NCBI GenBank assembly: GCA_002348185.1
Contig: DDYW01000181.1
Location: 77,531 to 141,530, forward strand
Length of the DNA: 64,000 nucleotides
Reading direction: 5' to 3'
Origin: Candidatus Hydrogenedentes bacterium UBA2224
Lineage (GTDB): Bacteria > Hydrogenedentota > Hydrogenedentia > Hydrogenedentales > SLHB01
A program made the position numbers and the translations under genes. The notes under the pieces were generated by a model. The model was not told the origin of the DNA, made no database searches, and saw nothing but the letters and a program-made list of their open reading frames with translations. Of this stretch, positions 50,767-59,911 are shown in pieces. Within the stretch, counting starts at the first letter, position 1, and each line of letters begins with the position of its first letter.

Positions 50767-52461
50767 ATGCGTATCCTGGTAGCCCAGATGACCCGCATGG
50801 GAGACATGCTGCAGAATTCCACCCTGACCCGCGCGTTGCGCCAGCGCTACCCTGACGCCCACATCACCGCGATGGTGCGGCCCCTGGCGCGCGGTATCGC
50901 TGAACGCAATCCCGACATCGACGACATCATCCTGTACGAGGAAGACGCGATGTTCTGCGATTTGCGCAGCCGCGATTCGGACCGCTTGCTCCGCGCCTAC
51001 CGGAGCGCCGCCGCGCTGGTCGACGACCTGAACGCGCGCCGGTTCGACGTCGTCTACAACTGCACGCTCAGTATCGCTTCGGCCATGTTGCTGAAACTGG
51101 TCCGCGTCCCGCGGACCATCGGGGCGCATCTCAGTGACGACTGGCGTTTCGTGCTTCGTGGACGCTGGACCAACTACTTCTTCACCAGCGTGTATCAGCG
51201 CGCGTACAGCGACATCAACATCAGCGATGTCTTCCGCAATCTCATGGAGGACGCGCCGCCCGTCTCCGGGCTCAGTCTGGCCATCACGGACGATGACCGC
51301 CGCGAGGCGCGGGAGATTCTCGCCAGGCATGGCGTCCGCGAGCGGGATTTCGTGGTCTGCATGCAACTCGGGGCCAGCGACACGTCCAAGCGCTGGCCCG
51401 TTGCCCAGTTCGCGGAACTGGCGCGCCGCCTGGCCGCTGAGAAGAACGCGAGAATCTGCCTGCTGGGCGTGGAATCCGAAGCCCCGCTGGGAGACGCCTT
51501 CGAGACCCAGGCGCCGGGGCTCGGCATTCACCTTTTTGGCAAGACCACCATTCCGCAACTGGCCGCCCTCCTCGAGTCCGCGCGCGTGCTGGTCACCAAC
51601 GATACGGGCACCATGCATGTTGCCGCGGCCGTGCGCTGTCCGATTCTCCTGCTGTCGGTGGGATACGTTCATTTTCGCGAGACCGGCCCCTACGGCGAAG
51701 GCCATCTGGCGCTCGAACGCCGGAAAGACTACCTCGCCCCCATGAACAAAGACGAGACGTCCGCCGACGAGCGCGGCGCCATCCCCCCCGGACCCGTGAC
51801 GGACCTGCTCGAACTGCTGCTCGCTCCCTCCCCGGAGGGGTGCATCCCTTCCCTGCCCGACTCGCCCGAGTGGGCCAGCCTCGACGTCTATCAGTCCCGG
51901 TTTGCCCCGGACGGCTTTCTCGAGTGGTATCCGGTGATTCGCCGTCCCATGACCGAGACCGATTTCCTGCGTGTCGCGTACCGCAACACCTGGATCGCCC
52001 ATCTCTGCCCCTCCGTTTCCCGCGAGACGCTTCTCGACGGGATTCGGCGGGTCGCGGCCTGTTTTGCGCCGGACGGCACGGCCGCGCTCGAGGGTTGGCA
52101 TCAACACTGGAGCGCGGTCTTCCGCCAACTGGAACAGCTCGCACGGCAGGGAAGCCAGAAGACGGAACAACTCAGGGCCTGCCTCCGCCACGGCAGGAAC
52201 ATCGCCACCGCCCGGGAGATTGTGGGCGAGCTCATGCGGCTGGATGAAGACACGCGCCTCTTCGCGGAGTTGAACGGGGGATGCCGCCCGCTGATCAGCA
52301 TCGCGCGTTTCCAGCGCGACAATCTCGAGGGGGCCGACCCGATGCCGCTTGCGGAAATGACGCAGGAGATCTACCGGGAACTTTCCGAGCGCGCCGCGCT
52401 GATGCGGGCGCACTTCGACGCCATCCGCGTCGCCATGCATGCCGTGGACACGGAGACCTAG
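50767..52461 (+). CDS. GT9-like glycosyltransferase (heptosyltransferase family) with about 230-aa C-terminal extension
   Basis: The N-terminus is MRILVAQMTRMGDMLQNSTLTRALRQRYPDAHI. The later GKRWP and VTNDTGTMHVAAA motifs are typical of GT9. The start is 4 nt after the Maf-like stop. Confidence 0.7.
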   Translation: MRILVAQMTRMGDMLQNSTLTRALRQRYPDAHITAMVRPLARGIAERNPDIDDIILYEEDAMFCDLRSRDSDRLLRAYRSAAALVDDLNARRFDVVYNCTLSIASAMLLKLVRVPRTIGAHLSDDWRFVLRGRWTNYFFTSVYQRAYSDINISDVFRNLMEDAPPVSGLSLAITDDDRREAREILARHGVRERDFVVCMQLGASDTSKRWPVAQFAELARRLAAEKNARICLLGVESEAPLGDAFETQAPGLGIHLFGKTTIPQLAALLESARVLVTNDTGTMHVAAAVRCPILLLSVGYVHFRETGPYGEGHLALERRKDYLAPMNKDETSADERGAIPPGPVTDLLELLLAPSPEGCIPSLPDSPEWASLDVYQSRFAPDGFLEWYPVIRRPMTETDFLRVAYRNTWIAHLCPSVSRETLLDGIRRVAACFAPDGTAALEGWHQHWSAVFRQLEQLARQGSQKTEQLRACLRHGRNIATAREIVGELMRLDEDTRLFAELNGGCRPLISIARFQRDNLEGADPMPLAEMTQEIYRELSERAALMRAHFDAIRVAMHAVDTET

Positions 52462-52464
52462 CCC

Positions 52465-54132
52465 CTATTTCGCCTCAGGCGAGAGCAGGCTCCGCGCGTG
52501 TTCGAGGCTGACCGCAGAGACCGAACCGTCGAGCAGACGCGCCAGCTCGCGCACCCGGTCCTCGTCGGCGATACGCGCTACCGAAGTGACGGTCCGCTTC
52601 TTCTGCGTTGCTTTGGCCACGTGGAAATGCGTTTCGGCGGCGGCCGCGATCTGCGGCAGATGCGAGATGCAGATCGTCTGGTGCGAGGCCGCGAGTTCGC
52701 TGAGTTTTGCCGCCACTTTTGTCGCCACGGCCCCGCCCACCCCCGCGTCAATCTCGTCGAAGATCAGTGTGGGAATGGTGTCGGCGTTCGCAAACACACT
52801 CTTGAGCGCCAGCATGACCCGCGAGATCTCGCCGCCCGACGCCACGTGACGCAACGCCTTCAACGGTTCGCCGGGATTAGCGGCCAGCAGAAACTCTACC
52901 CGGTCGGTCCCGGTCGAACAGAGTTCTCCGCGCTCGAACCGGGTCTCAAACTGGCCTCCCTTCATCCCGAGTTCCGCGAGGGCGGCAGCGATCTGTTTGT
53001 CGAGCGTGCGGGCAGCCTTCTTGCGCTGTTCGGACAAGATCCCGGCAAGACACCGGGCCTCTTCCAGCAGGACGCCGTGCCGGCGCCTCAATTGCGCAAG
53101 GCACTCATCGCGATGTTCAAACGCCGCGACTTCGGCGCTGGCGCGTTCACAATACGCCAACACCGCGTCAATCGATTCGCCGTACTTCCGTTTCAACGCG
53201 CTGATCAGCGTCAGCCGCGCGTTAATACCCTCAAGCTCCTGCGGATCAAACTCGATTTCCGTGGTAAATTCACGCAGTTCCGCGGCAACATCCTCAATCT
53301 TGTCGCGCGCCTCCGACAGACGCTCTACAAGGGGCACGAAACGGCTGTTGATTCGGGCCAGTTCCTCCACGTCGCCCACCGCGGCGGCCAGGGCATCCAC
53401 CACCGCCCCTTCATCGCGCTCGTGAAGCGTGGCATACGCATGCGAACTCAGTTCGAATATCCGCTCGGCATGCGTGAGCAGGTCGCGCCGCTCCCGGCTC
53501 TCCTCCTCCTCGCCAGGTTGCAGACCCGCCGTCAGGATCTCCCGGACCTCGTGCTGCAGAAATTCAACGCGCCGGGCGCGTTCCCGGTCGTCCACCTCCA
53601 GGGCGGCCAGGTCGCGTTCCACATCACGCAGGGCCGACACCGCTTCCGCAACGGCGCCGGCGGCCCTCTCCGCGCCGGCAAACCCGTCCAGCAGATCCAG
53701 TTGACGGGCGGGTTTGAGGAGGGACTGGTGTTCGTGCTGCCCGTGCAGATCGACCAGCTCGTCGCCAATGGCAGCAAGCACTGCCAGAGGCACCGGCGCG
53801 CCGCCGGCATAGGCCCGGCTCCGGCCGTCCGGGGTGACCACGCGCGACAGGATCAACACCCCGTCGTCGAGCGCAATATCCGACTCCTGAAGCGCCGCCG
53901 CCAAATCGCGGGCCGGTGTGCCGATGCGGAACACGGCATCCACGCGGGCCCGGTCCGCGCCGTCGCGCACCCCTTCCGCGGACGCGCGCGCTCCGAGCAC
54001 CAGGTTCAGCGCCCCGACAATGATGGATTTGCCGGCGCCCGTTTCCCCCGTCAGGACATTGAATCCGGGGCCGAACTCGAGCTCGATGTCGTCGATTAAC
54101 GCGTAGTTCTGTATGTGCAGGCTTTCAAGCAT
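52465..54132 (-). CDS. recN: DNA repair protein RecN
   Basis: The N-terminus is MLESLHIQNYALIDD...FNVLTGETGAGKSII. There is a long coiled-coil middle. The C-terminus has LIFDEIDAGVGG. Length is 555 aa. Confidence 0.9.
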   Translation of the reverse strand: MLESLHIQNYALIDDIELEFGPGFNVLTGETGAGKSIIVGALNLVLGARASAEGVRDGADRARVDAVFRIGTPARDLAAALQESDIALDDGVLILSRVVTPDGRSRAYAGGAPVPLAVLAAIGDELVDLHGQHEHQSLLKPARQLDLLDGFAGAERAAGAVAEAVSALRDVERDLAALEVDDRERARRVEFLQHEVREILTAGLQPGEEEESRERRDLLTHAERIFELSSHAYATLHERDEGAVVDALAAAVGDVEELARINSRFVPLVERLSEARDKIEDVAAELREFTTEIEFDPQELEGINARLTLISALKRKYGESIDAVLAYCERASAEVAAFEHRDECLAQLRRRHGVLLEEARCLAGILSEQRKKAARTLDKQIAAALAELGMKGGQFETRFERGELCSTGTDRVEFLLAANPGEPLKALRHVASGGEISRVMLALKSVFANADTIPTLIFDEIDAGVGGAVATKVAAKLSELAASHQTICISHLPQIAAAAETHFHVAKATQKKRTVTSVARIADEDRVRELARLLDGSVSAVSLEHARSLLSPEAK

Positions 54133-54165
54133 GGCAGTACTGGTTCGTCTAATGTGGCCGGGCGC

Positions 54166-54906
54166 CTATTCTACCGCCGGAAGCCTCAAATGCGCCAGAA
54201 ATTCCTGATTGCCCTTGGGCCCCTTCAGCGGGGAGGGCGCTACTCCCAGCGATTCGAACCCCAGGAGCTCGGCGCCCTCGATGACTTCCTCCACGACCCG
54301 GGCGCGCACCGCCTCATCGCGAACAACGCCGCCCTTGCCGACCAGCGCCTTCCCTGCCTCAAACTGCGGCTTGACCAGCACCACCCCCTCGGCGGGTCTC
54401 TTGAGCAAGGTCTTGAGCACGGGAAGCACCAGCCGCAGCGAGATGAATGAGCAGTCGGCCGTGAACACTTCGGGGGGCATGGGCAACGCCTCCGGGGTTA
54501 CGTTTCGGATATTCGTGCGCTCCATCACACGCACCCGGGGATCCTGGCGAAGCCGCCAGGCCAGTTGGCCATACCCGACATCTACGGCATACACGTACGC
54601 GGCTTCGTGCTGCAGAAGACAATCGGTGAATCCGCCCGTCGATGCCCCAACGTCAATCGCGACCCGGCCCGCGACGTCAAATGCGAATGCCGTAAATGCC
54701 GCTTCCAGTTTGTCCCCGCCCCGGCTGACGAAACGGGGCTCGTCGCGGATCTCCAGCGGCGTGGACACATCCAGCCGCATGCCCGGTTTGTCGAGCTTCC
54801 GTCCGTCAGGGCCGTACACCTGCCCGGTGTGTATCAGTCCCCGGGCCTTTGAGCGCGACACGCCGGCCTGGCGTTGCACGAGTATGTCCAGCCGCTCCTT
54901 CTCCAT
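54166..54906 (-). CDS. tlyA: TlyA-family rRNA (cytidine-2'-O)-methyltransferase (S4 domain + FtsJ-like)
   Basis: MEKERLDILVQRQ is an S4-type start. YVSRGGDKLEAAF, IDVGASTGGFTDCLLQ, VYAVDVG and VKPQFE are present. An internal Met was used; the track ORF extends to 54984. Confidence 0.8.
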   Translation of the reverse strand: MEKERLDILVQRQAGVSRSKARGLIHTGQVYGPDGRKLDKPGMRLDVSTPLEIRDEPRFVSRGGDKLEAAFTAFAFDVAGRVAIDVGASTGGFTDCLLQHEAAYVYAVDVGYGQLAWRLRQDPRVRVMERTNIRNVTPEALPMPPEVFTADCSFISLRLVLPVLKTLLKRPAEGVVLVKPQFEAGKALVGKGGVVRDEAVRARVVEEVIEGAELLGFESLGVAPSPLKGPKGNQEFLAHLRLPAVE

Positions 54907-55005
54907 AGGCACCGGTTCACGTAGAATGGCATTTTTCACTGCGATGCCAGCATGCGGCAGCCGGACCCGCAGTGTCACGTTCAATAAGTAACCTCTTCAC
55001 TGCGG

Positions 55006-56784
55006 TCACGCTTGCGGAACGGCTTTTCCTCGCATGCTGCTCCAGGCCATCAGCCCCCCGATCGCCACCAGGATCATCCCAAGAATAATGTCCAGCTTGC
55101 GCGGCACCGGTTCGCTGATCCACGGAACCAAGGCCAGCATCATCACGCCGATGACCGCGACACACACGCCCACGATCCGGAACGGCGACATGATGGCCGC
55201 GCCGGCGGTCTCGTGCTCTTTGTCCTCGGGCAATTCCCCAATGGGGGTGTCCAGGCGCTTCAAAAACGTTTCAGCCCGCGCAAGCTCATCGCTGCGGGCG
55301 GGGACCAGCAGGCTGGTCAGTTCCATCACCAGGTACGTGACAATGGCCGTGCTCAAGAACATGGCGATCTCTAGCTTCACCTCAAATCTGCCGAAAAAGA
55401 ACGCCTCGCTGTCCGGAACCCAGGATATGCCCGCAAATGTCAGCGGGGACTTGTGGAACGACAGCGCGAACAGCAGCAGACCCACCACGGTGCCGCACAG
55501 AAAACCGATGACCGCGCTTCGAGCGGTGTGTCGGCGCGACAACAGGCCCAGCAGCATCGGCACCGCCACCGGCGCGGTCGCCACGCCAAACAGAGTCACC
55601 ATGATGCGGAACATGTTCTCCGCCCGTCCCCGCGCGAGAAGCAGCGCGGTCCCCAGAGCAACGACCCCGACAAGCAGCGTCATCAGACGGCCCACCGCCA
55701 CGAGTTCCTTCTGAGACGCGGAGGGACGGATCAGACGCCGGTATACGTCGTTGGTGAGCACTCCGGCACAGACGTTGTAATCACCGCTCAGGGTGGACAT
55801 GGTCGCCGCGAACATCGCCGCGATGGCCAGGCCCAGCATGCCCGCCGGGAGGAGCTGCGCGCACAGAATCGGGTAGACGTCGCCCGCATCCTGGAGCGCG
55901 GGCACGAACTGCCGCGCCGCGATTGCGGGAAAGAACATCAACGGCGGGCCGATGATGTAGAGCGCTATGACCATCCATCCCACCTTGAGCGCGTCGCGCT
56001 CTTTGGGCACGCAGTAATACCGCTGGATGAGCGCCCAGTTGATGCTGCTCCACGCCAGGCTGTACAGCATGACCAGCGGGATCACATAGGCCCAGCTGAA
56101 TTCAGGGGAGGTCATATTGAAGAAGCCCTCGGGCGAATTGGCGAGAATCTGGCCCAGGCCGCCCGCACGCTGAATGGACAACGGCAGAATCACAAGCAAA
56201 CCCACGGTCAGCACCACGAACTGCACAAAATCGGTCACCATCACGGCCCACAGACCGCCCATGAACGTGTAAACCAGCATAATCCCGCCCGCGCCGAGGA
56301 TGCTGTACTTGATGTCGACGCCCGTGCAGATCGAGATGAACTTGCCCGTGGCAAACAGCTTGATCCCGTCGTCTATCATGCGCACCGGAATTCCCTGCCA
56401 GGCAAAGATTTGCCGCAGCAGGGGGTTGTAGCGTGTCTCCAGATACTCCACGGGACTGTCGATGCGCGCGCGCCGCCACCGTTTCGCAAACAGCAGCACG
56501 CTGAACAGCGTGGCCGGCACCGCCACCCAGAGCAGGGTCACCCCCACCCATCCGTACCGGTAACAGATCGACGGGTAGAACACAAACGCCGCCACGCTGA
56601 AACTCGTCATGTAGAACGAAACGCCGCTCAGCCACCACGGGATGCTGTTGCCCCCCCGGAAATAGTCCTTCATGCGCTTCATGTACCGGTAGAAATAGAC
56701 GCCGATAGCGAGCATCAGAATGAAATACCCGGCTATCATGAAATTGTCCGGAAGTTGCAGACTCCCCTGCGCCGCGTCATCCAT
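55006..56784 (-). CDS. sodium:solute symporter family (SSS) transporter
   Basis: It has about 13 TM helices. The N-terminus has FMIAGYFILMLAIGVYFYRYMK, with GG....W.... SSS-type regions. AGGAGA lies 9 nt upstream of the ATG at 56784. Confidence 0.8.
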   Translation of the reverse strand: MDDAAQGSLQLPDNFMIAGYFILMLAIGVYFYRYMKRMKDYFRGGNSIPWWLSGVSFYMTSFSVAAFVFYPSICYRYGWVGVTLLWVAVPATLFSVLLFAKRWRRARIDSPVEYLETRYNPLLRQIFAWQGIPVRMIDDGIKLFATGKFISICTGVDIKYSILGAGGIMLVYTFMGGLWAVMVTDFVQFVVLTVGLLVILPLSIQRAGGLGQILANSPEGFFNMTSPEFSWAYVIPLVMLYSLAWSSINWALIQRYYCVPKERDALKVGWMVIALYIIGPPLMFFPAIAARQFVPALQDAGDVYPILCAQLLPAGMLGLAIAAMFAATMSTLSGDYNVCAGVLTNDVYRRLIRPSASQKELVAVGRLMTLLVGVVALGTALLLARGRAENMFRIMVTLFGVATAPVAVPMLLGLLSRRHTARSAVIGFLCGTVVGLLLFALSFHKSPLTFAGISWVPDSEAFFFGRFEVKLEIAMFLSTAIVTYLVMELTSLLVPARSDELARAETFLKRLDTPIGELPEDKEHETAGAAIMSPFRIVGVCVAVIGVMMLALVPWISEPVPRKLDIILGMILVAIGGLMAWSSMRGKAVPQA

Positions 56785-56883
56785 CGAGGTCGTTCTCCTG
56801 GGTGCTTGCTGAAACGCGGCGGCCCTCACCCCCGGGCCGCCGCGTCTGATTCTCCCAAACGGGCAAAACGGGCCGGACGCCGC

Positions 56884-57762
56884 TTACTCGAAGCGCCCGA
56901 GCGACCGGATATACGCGATCGACTCGGCGACCGCGAGCTTCGTCTCGAGTTCGCTCAGCTCGACGCCCTTGACGCCCTCAAACTCCAGCGTGATCGGGCC
57001 CGTGTACCCGTGTTCCCGCAGCAGCGCGAGGATCGCGGGCACGTCCACGACGCCCTGGCCCACGGCCGGGAAATTCCAGGTCTCGAATTCCCCTGAATGG
57101 TCCTTGATCTCCACCGTGGCCACGTAATCGATGATCTTCCTCAATTCCGCGACCGCATCCGTATTCTTGTTGTAATACGTGATGTTTGCGGTGTCGAAAT
57201 TGACGCGAATGTTCGGGTGGTTGATGGCTTTCATGGTCTCGAGATGCACGTCGCCGTTCGTGCCGAGGTCCGGGTGCGTTTCGAGGGCAATCGTCACGCC
57301 ATGCTTCGCGGCGAGGTCGCCGGCGCGGCGAAGCCGGTCAAAGACCACCTCCCTGGCCGCATCGTTGCGTTTCGCCGAGAGAAACATGTATTTCACGCCC
57401 ATCTTCTCGCAGATGGCGGCCTGCTGGCCGAGCTCTTCCACACTCGAATCTTTCGAGAGGTCGGTGCTGGCGCGCATCACCAGGGGTTTCAGGCCATGTT
57501 CGCCCAGTCGAGCCATCTCCTGCTCCACCGCCGCGGCCTCCGGCACATTCATGAATACGTACCGGACCCTGAGGTTCTGCAAGTGCGGCAGGGCAGCTTC
57601 CGGATACTTGCCGTAATTGGCCAGACGGCAGGCCAGGCGGTTCGCGCCTGTGGCGCACGCTGGTCCCGTGTCGCCAGCACACGGATGCGTGCGCGCGCAC
57701 GCGAGCGTCATCCCCGCCAGCCCCAGCGCCACAAACAGACAGGCCATTCCCCTTGTACGCAT
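56884..57762 (-). CDS. sugar phosphate isomerase/epimerase (xylose-isomerase-like TIM barrel), secreted
   Basis: The signal peptide is MRTRGMACLFVALGLAGMTLACA, with GGAGGAG upstream. ALETHPD and FDTANI are present. The track ORF starts at 57975 with an implausible Arg-rich leader. Confidence 0.8.
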   Translation of the reverse strand: MRTRGMACLFVALGLAGMTLACARTHPCAGDTGPACATGANRLACRLANYGKYPEAALPHLQNLRVRYVFMNVPEAAAVEQEMARLGEHGLKPLVMRASTDLSKDSSVEELGQQAAICEKMGVKYMFLSAKRNDAAREVVFDRLRRAGDLAAKHGVTIALETHPDLGTNGDVHLETMKAINHPNIRVNFDTANITYYNKNTDAVAELRKIIDYVATVEIKDHSGEFETWNFPAVGQGVVDVPAILALLREHGYTGPITLEFEGVKGVELSELETKLAVAESIAYIRSLGRFE

Positions 57763-57793
57763 CGCCAGTCTCCTCCCGCTCGTTTGATCCGAA

Positions 57794-59146
57794 TTATGCT
57801 TTACCGATTTCGCTGCGGTGCGCCCAGACCTTCTCGAACGCCTTGATATACTGATCGACGAGTTCCGGAACCTCCTTCGTGAAATACGGCAACGCGATGC
57901 TCGTCGCATTGGCCTGGTCGGAACCCGGCAGCTCCGGAATGACCGGCTTGTGGTGCCACCACTCATCTTCGGCATACAGCGGCAGCTTGTGTTGAAGCGT
58001 ATAGCTCAACGCGCTGGCGCTCACGCCTTCGGCCTTCAACGCGTTTACCGCGGCGTCGCGCGACATCCCTGCTTCCGCCTCGTCGATGAACAGCATGTTC
58101 CACGAATAGTAAAGGCGCTGCACATCGCTGCGGCCGCTCGACTGCTCGTAGAGGCCCGGAAGCTGCGTCAACACATCGTTGAGCCGTCGCGTCTGACGTG
58201 CGCCGGCCGCGTTGCGCTCTTCGAGACCCCGCAACTGGCAGCGCCCGAGCTCGGCCGCGAAGGGGTGCATCCGGAACTTCATGCCGAACCCCGAACCCTT
58301 GTACTTGAAAACCGGGCTGTCGGAAGAAATCCCGGGCATTTCGTAATTGCCGAACGCGGTCGCCCGTTCAAAATCCTCTTTGTTCTGGTACATGCCCATG
58401 CCGCCTTCGATCGCCGGCAGCGGCTTGCTCATCTGGAAGCTGTAGATGGACATGCGGCCCCAGGTCCCCACGTACTTGTCCTTCAGCTTCGCGCAGTGCG
58501 CGTGCGCGGAGTCTTCAAGCACGATCAAACCCTTCTCCTCGGCCCATTCGCAGATCAGGTCCATGTCGCTCGGGAGTCCGATCCAGTGGACCGGCAACAC
58601 CGCTTTCGTGTTCGGGGTAAGGCGCTTCTTGGCATCCTCCAGGTCAAAATTGAGCGTGCGCGGATTGATGTCCACGAATACCGGCACCAGCCCGAAGAAG
58701 CGCATCGGCGTGATCGTCGCAAAAAACGTGTAGCTGGGCACGAGGATTTCGCTGCCCGGCGGCAGGTTCAGCGCGAAGAACATCGAGGCTAGCGCGCTCG
58801 TGCCGTTGAAATGCGCCTTGGCGTGCGGCATTCCGAACTGCGCACACCATTCTTCTTCAAACTTCGTGACGGGGTCGTAACTGGGGTGGCGGATCAGTTC
58901 AAGAATCGCCTGCTCTTCCGTTTCGCCATACAGAGGCCACTTTGCCGCATCGCCGAATTCGGTCGTGACTGCTTTCGGACCGCCGTTCATGGCAAGGGTT
59001 TCGACCGCCCCGCTGGCGCGCCGTTGACCGGCCATCGCGATTCCCGCGGCTGCGGCAGCGCCCGTGGTCTTCAGAAACGCACGCCGGGACGGCTGCGCAT
59101 TCGTCTGGTTCGCTCTCTGGTCCATCGCCAATTCCTCCGTTTTCAT
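57794..59146 (-). CDS. DegT/DnrJ/EryC1/StrS-family PLP aminotransferase with twin-arginine (TAT) signal
   Basis: The TAT motif is SRRAFLKTTGAAAAAGIAMA. The fold is DegT-like (SGTSAL-type region FNGTSALASMF, SFQMSKPL with the Lys). Length is 450 aa. Confidence 0.85.
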   Translation of the reverse strand: MKTEELAMDQRANQTNAQPSRRAFLKTTGAAAAAGIAMAGQRRASGAVETLAMNGGPKAVTTEFGDAAKWPLYGETEEQAILELIRHPSYDPVTKFEEEWCAQFGMPHAKAHFNGTSALASMFFALNLPPGSEILVPSYTFFATITPMRFFGLVPVFVDINPRTLNFDLEDAKKRLTPNTKAVLPVHWIGLPSDMDLICEWAEEKGLIVLEDSAHAHCAKLKDKYVGTWGRMSIYSFQMSKPLPAIEGGMGMYQNKEDFERATAFGNYEMPGISSDSPVFKYKGSGFGMKFRMHPFAAELGRCQLRGLEERNAAGARQTRRLNDVLTQLPGLYEQSSGRSDVQRLYYSWNMLFIDEAEAGMSRDAAVNALKAEGVSASALSYTLQHKLPLYAEDEWWHHKPVIPELPGSDQANATSIALPYFTKEVPELVDQYIKAFEKVWAHRSEIGKA

Positions 59147-59408
59147 CTACCGATTCCGTGATGCCCTGCATACGAGCCCGTTTACTCTATGATATGCCCA
59201 ATCGCAAAACAAGTCCACACGGCCGCGTCAAATTCACGGCGGGGCGCCCGTGCTCCGCAAGGACCGCGTGGTATTCTGGGGATGGGAAGATTGGGAAGTG
59301 TGGGATAATGACCGCCGAGGGCGCCGGTCCCACACCAAATCCGGATGCAGCCTCATGCTGAACCCGCGCTTGGCGATCCCGGGACGCGAAGGACAAAACC
59401 AAACCGTC

Positions 59409-59451
59409 CCGAACACGCCGGACGCGCCTGCGCGGCGGTGTTCGGGACGGC
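59409..59451 (-). terminator. intrinsic terminator downstream of ankyrin-lipoprotein gene
   Basis: GTCCCGAACAC...GTGTTCGGGAC is a perfect 11-bp inverted repeat, followed on the minus strand by GGTTTGGTTTTGTCC. Confidence 0.45.
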
Positions 59452-59456
59452 GGATC

Positions 59457-59828
59457 TTACATCTCTCCCGACAGGTACCGTGCCGCGTCATTCGCCCCCA
59501 TTTTCCGCGCGAGGTCCAACGGCGTGTTGCCCTCCGCGTCTTTCACCTGGGGGTCGGCCCCGAAATCTTCGAGCAGCATCTCCACGATCTGCACCTGATT
59601 GCCCGCGGCGGCATAGTGCAACAATGCCATTCCATAGTCGTCCGGCGCGTTCACATCGCCGCCCCGGCGCAGGTAGGCCCCGACCTTCTCCATATTTCCC
59701 TGCGCCGCGGCGTCGTAGACCGAAACGCCGTCGGCCTCGACGGCTTCCGGTGACCCGCCGCCGCAGCCAGCACAGAAGAGCACCACGCATGCGGCGAGAC
59801 CGCACGCATTCCATCGCAGTCCTTTCAT
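59457..59828 (-). CDS. ankyrin-repeat lipoprotein
   Basis: The signal peptide has lipobox FCAGCGG. Two to three ankyrin repeats are present (D.YGMALLHYAAAGNQVQIVEMLL, D.EGNTPLDLARKMGANDAARYL). Confidence 0.65.
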   Translation of the reverse strand: MKGLRWNACGLAACVVLFCAGCGGGSPEAVEADGVSVYDAAAQGNMEKVGAYLRRGGDVNAPDDYGMALLHYAAAGNQVQIVEMLLEDFGADPQVKDAEGNTPLDLARKMGANDAARYLSGEM

Positions 59829-59911
59829 ATGCTTCCTCTCTGTACGCTGGGCCAGTTATTTATGTCAGGCGTGGGGCCGCGCGAAGCGGCCCCACGCAAC
59901 CGTCGCGTTCA

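Noticed and set aside
50767-52461. Reading the GT9-like gene plus kdsB (36275) as an LPS-core biosynthesis cluster
   Set aside because: kdsB is 14 kb away in a different operon (kdsB-pyrG). The GT9-like gene is translationally coupled to the Maf-like gene and fliW-csrA, so a protein-glycosylation role is favoured. An LPS role cannot be excluded.
50560-54099. 626-aa minus ORF (50560-52440) and 533-aa plus ORF (52498-54099)
   Set aside because: They are shadows of the GT9-like gene and of recN respectively. The real genes carry family motifs (GTMHVAAA; GETGAGKS, LIFDEIDAGVGG).
55453-57846. 547-aa and 249-aa + ORFs with extreme His/Arg/Gln content
   Set aside because: They are antisense to the SSS transporter and the sugar isomerase genes. 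The composition is implausible for real proteins.
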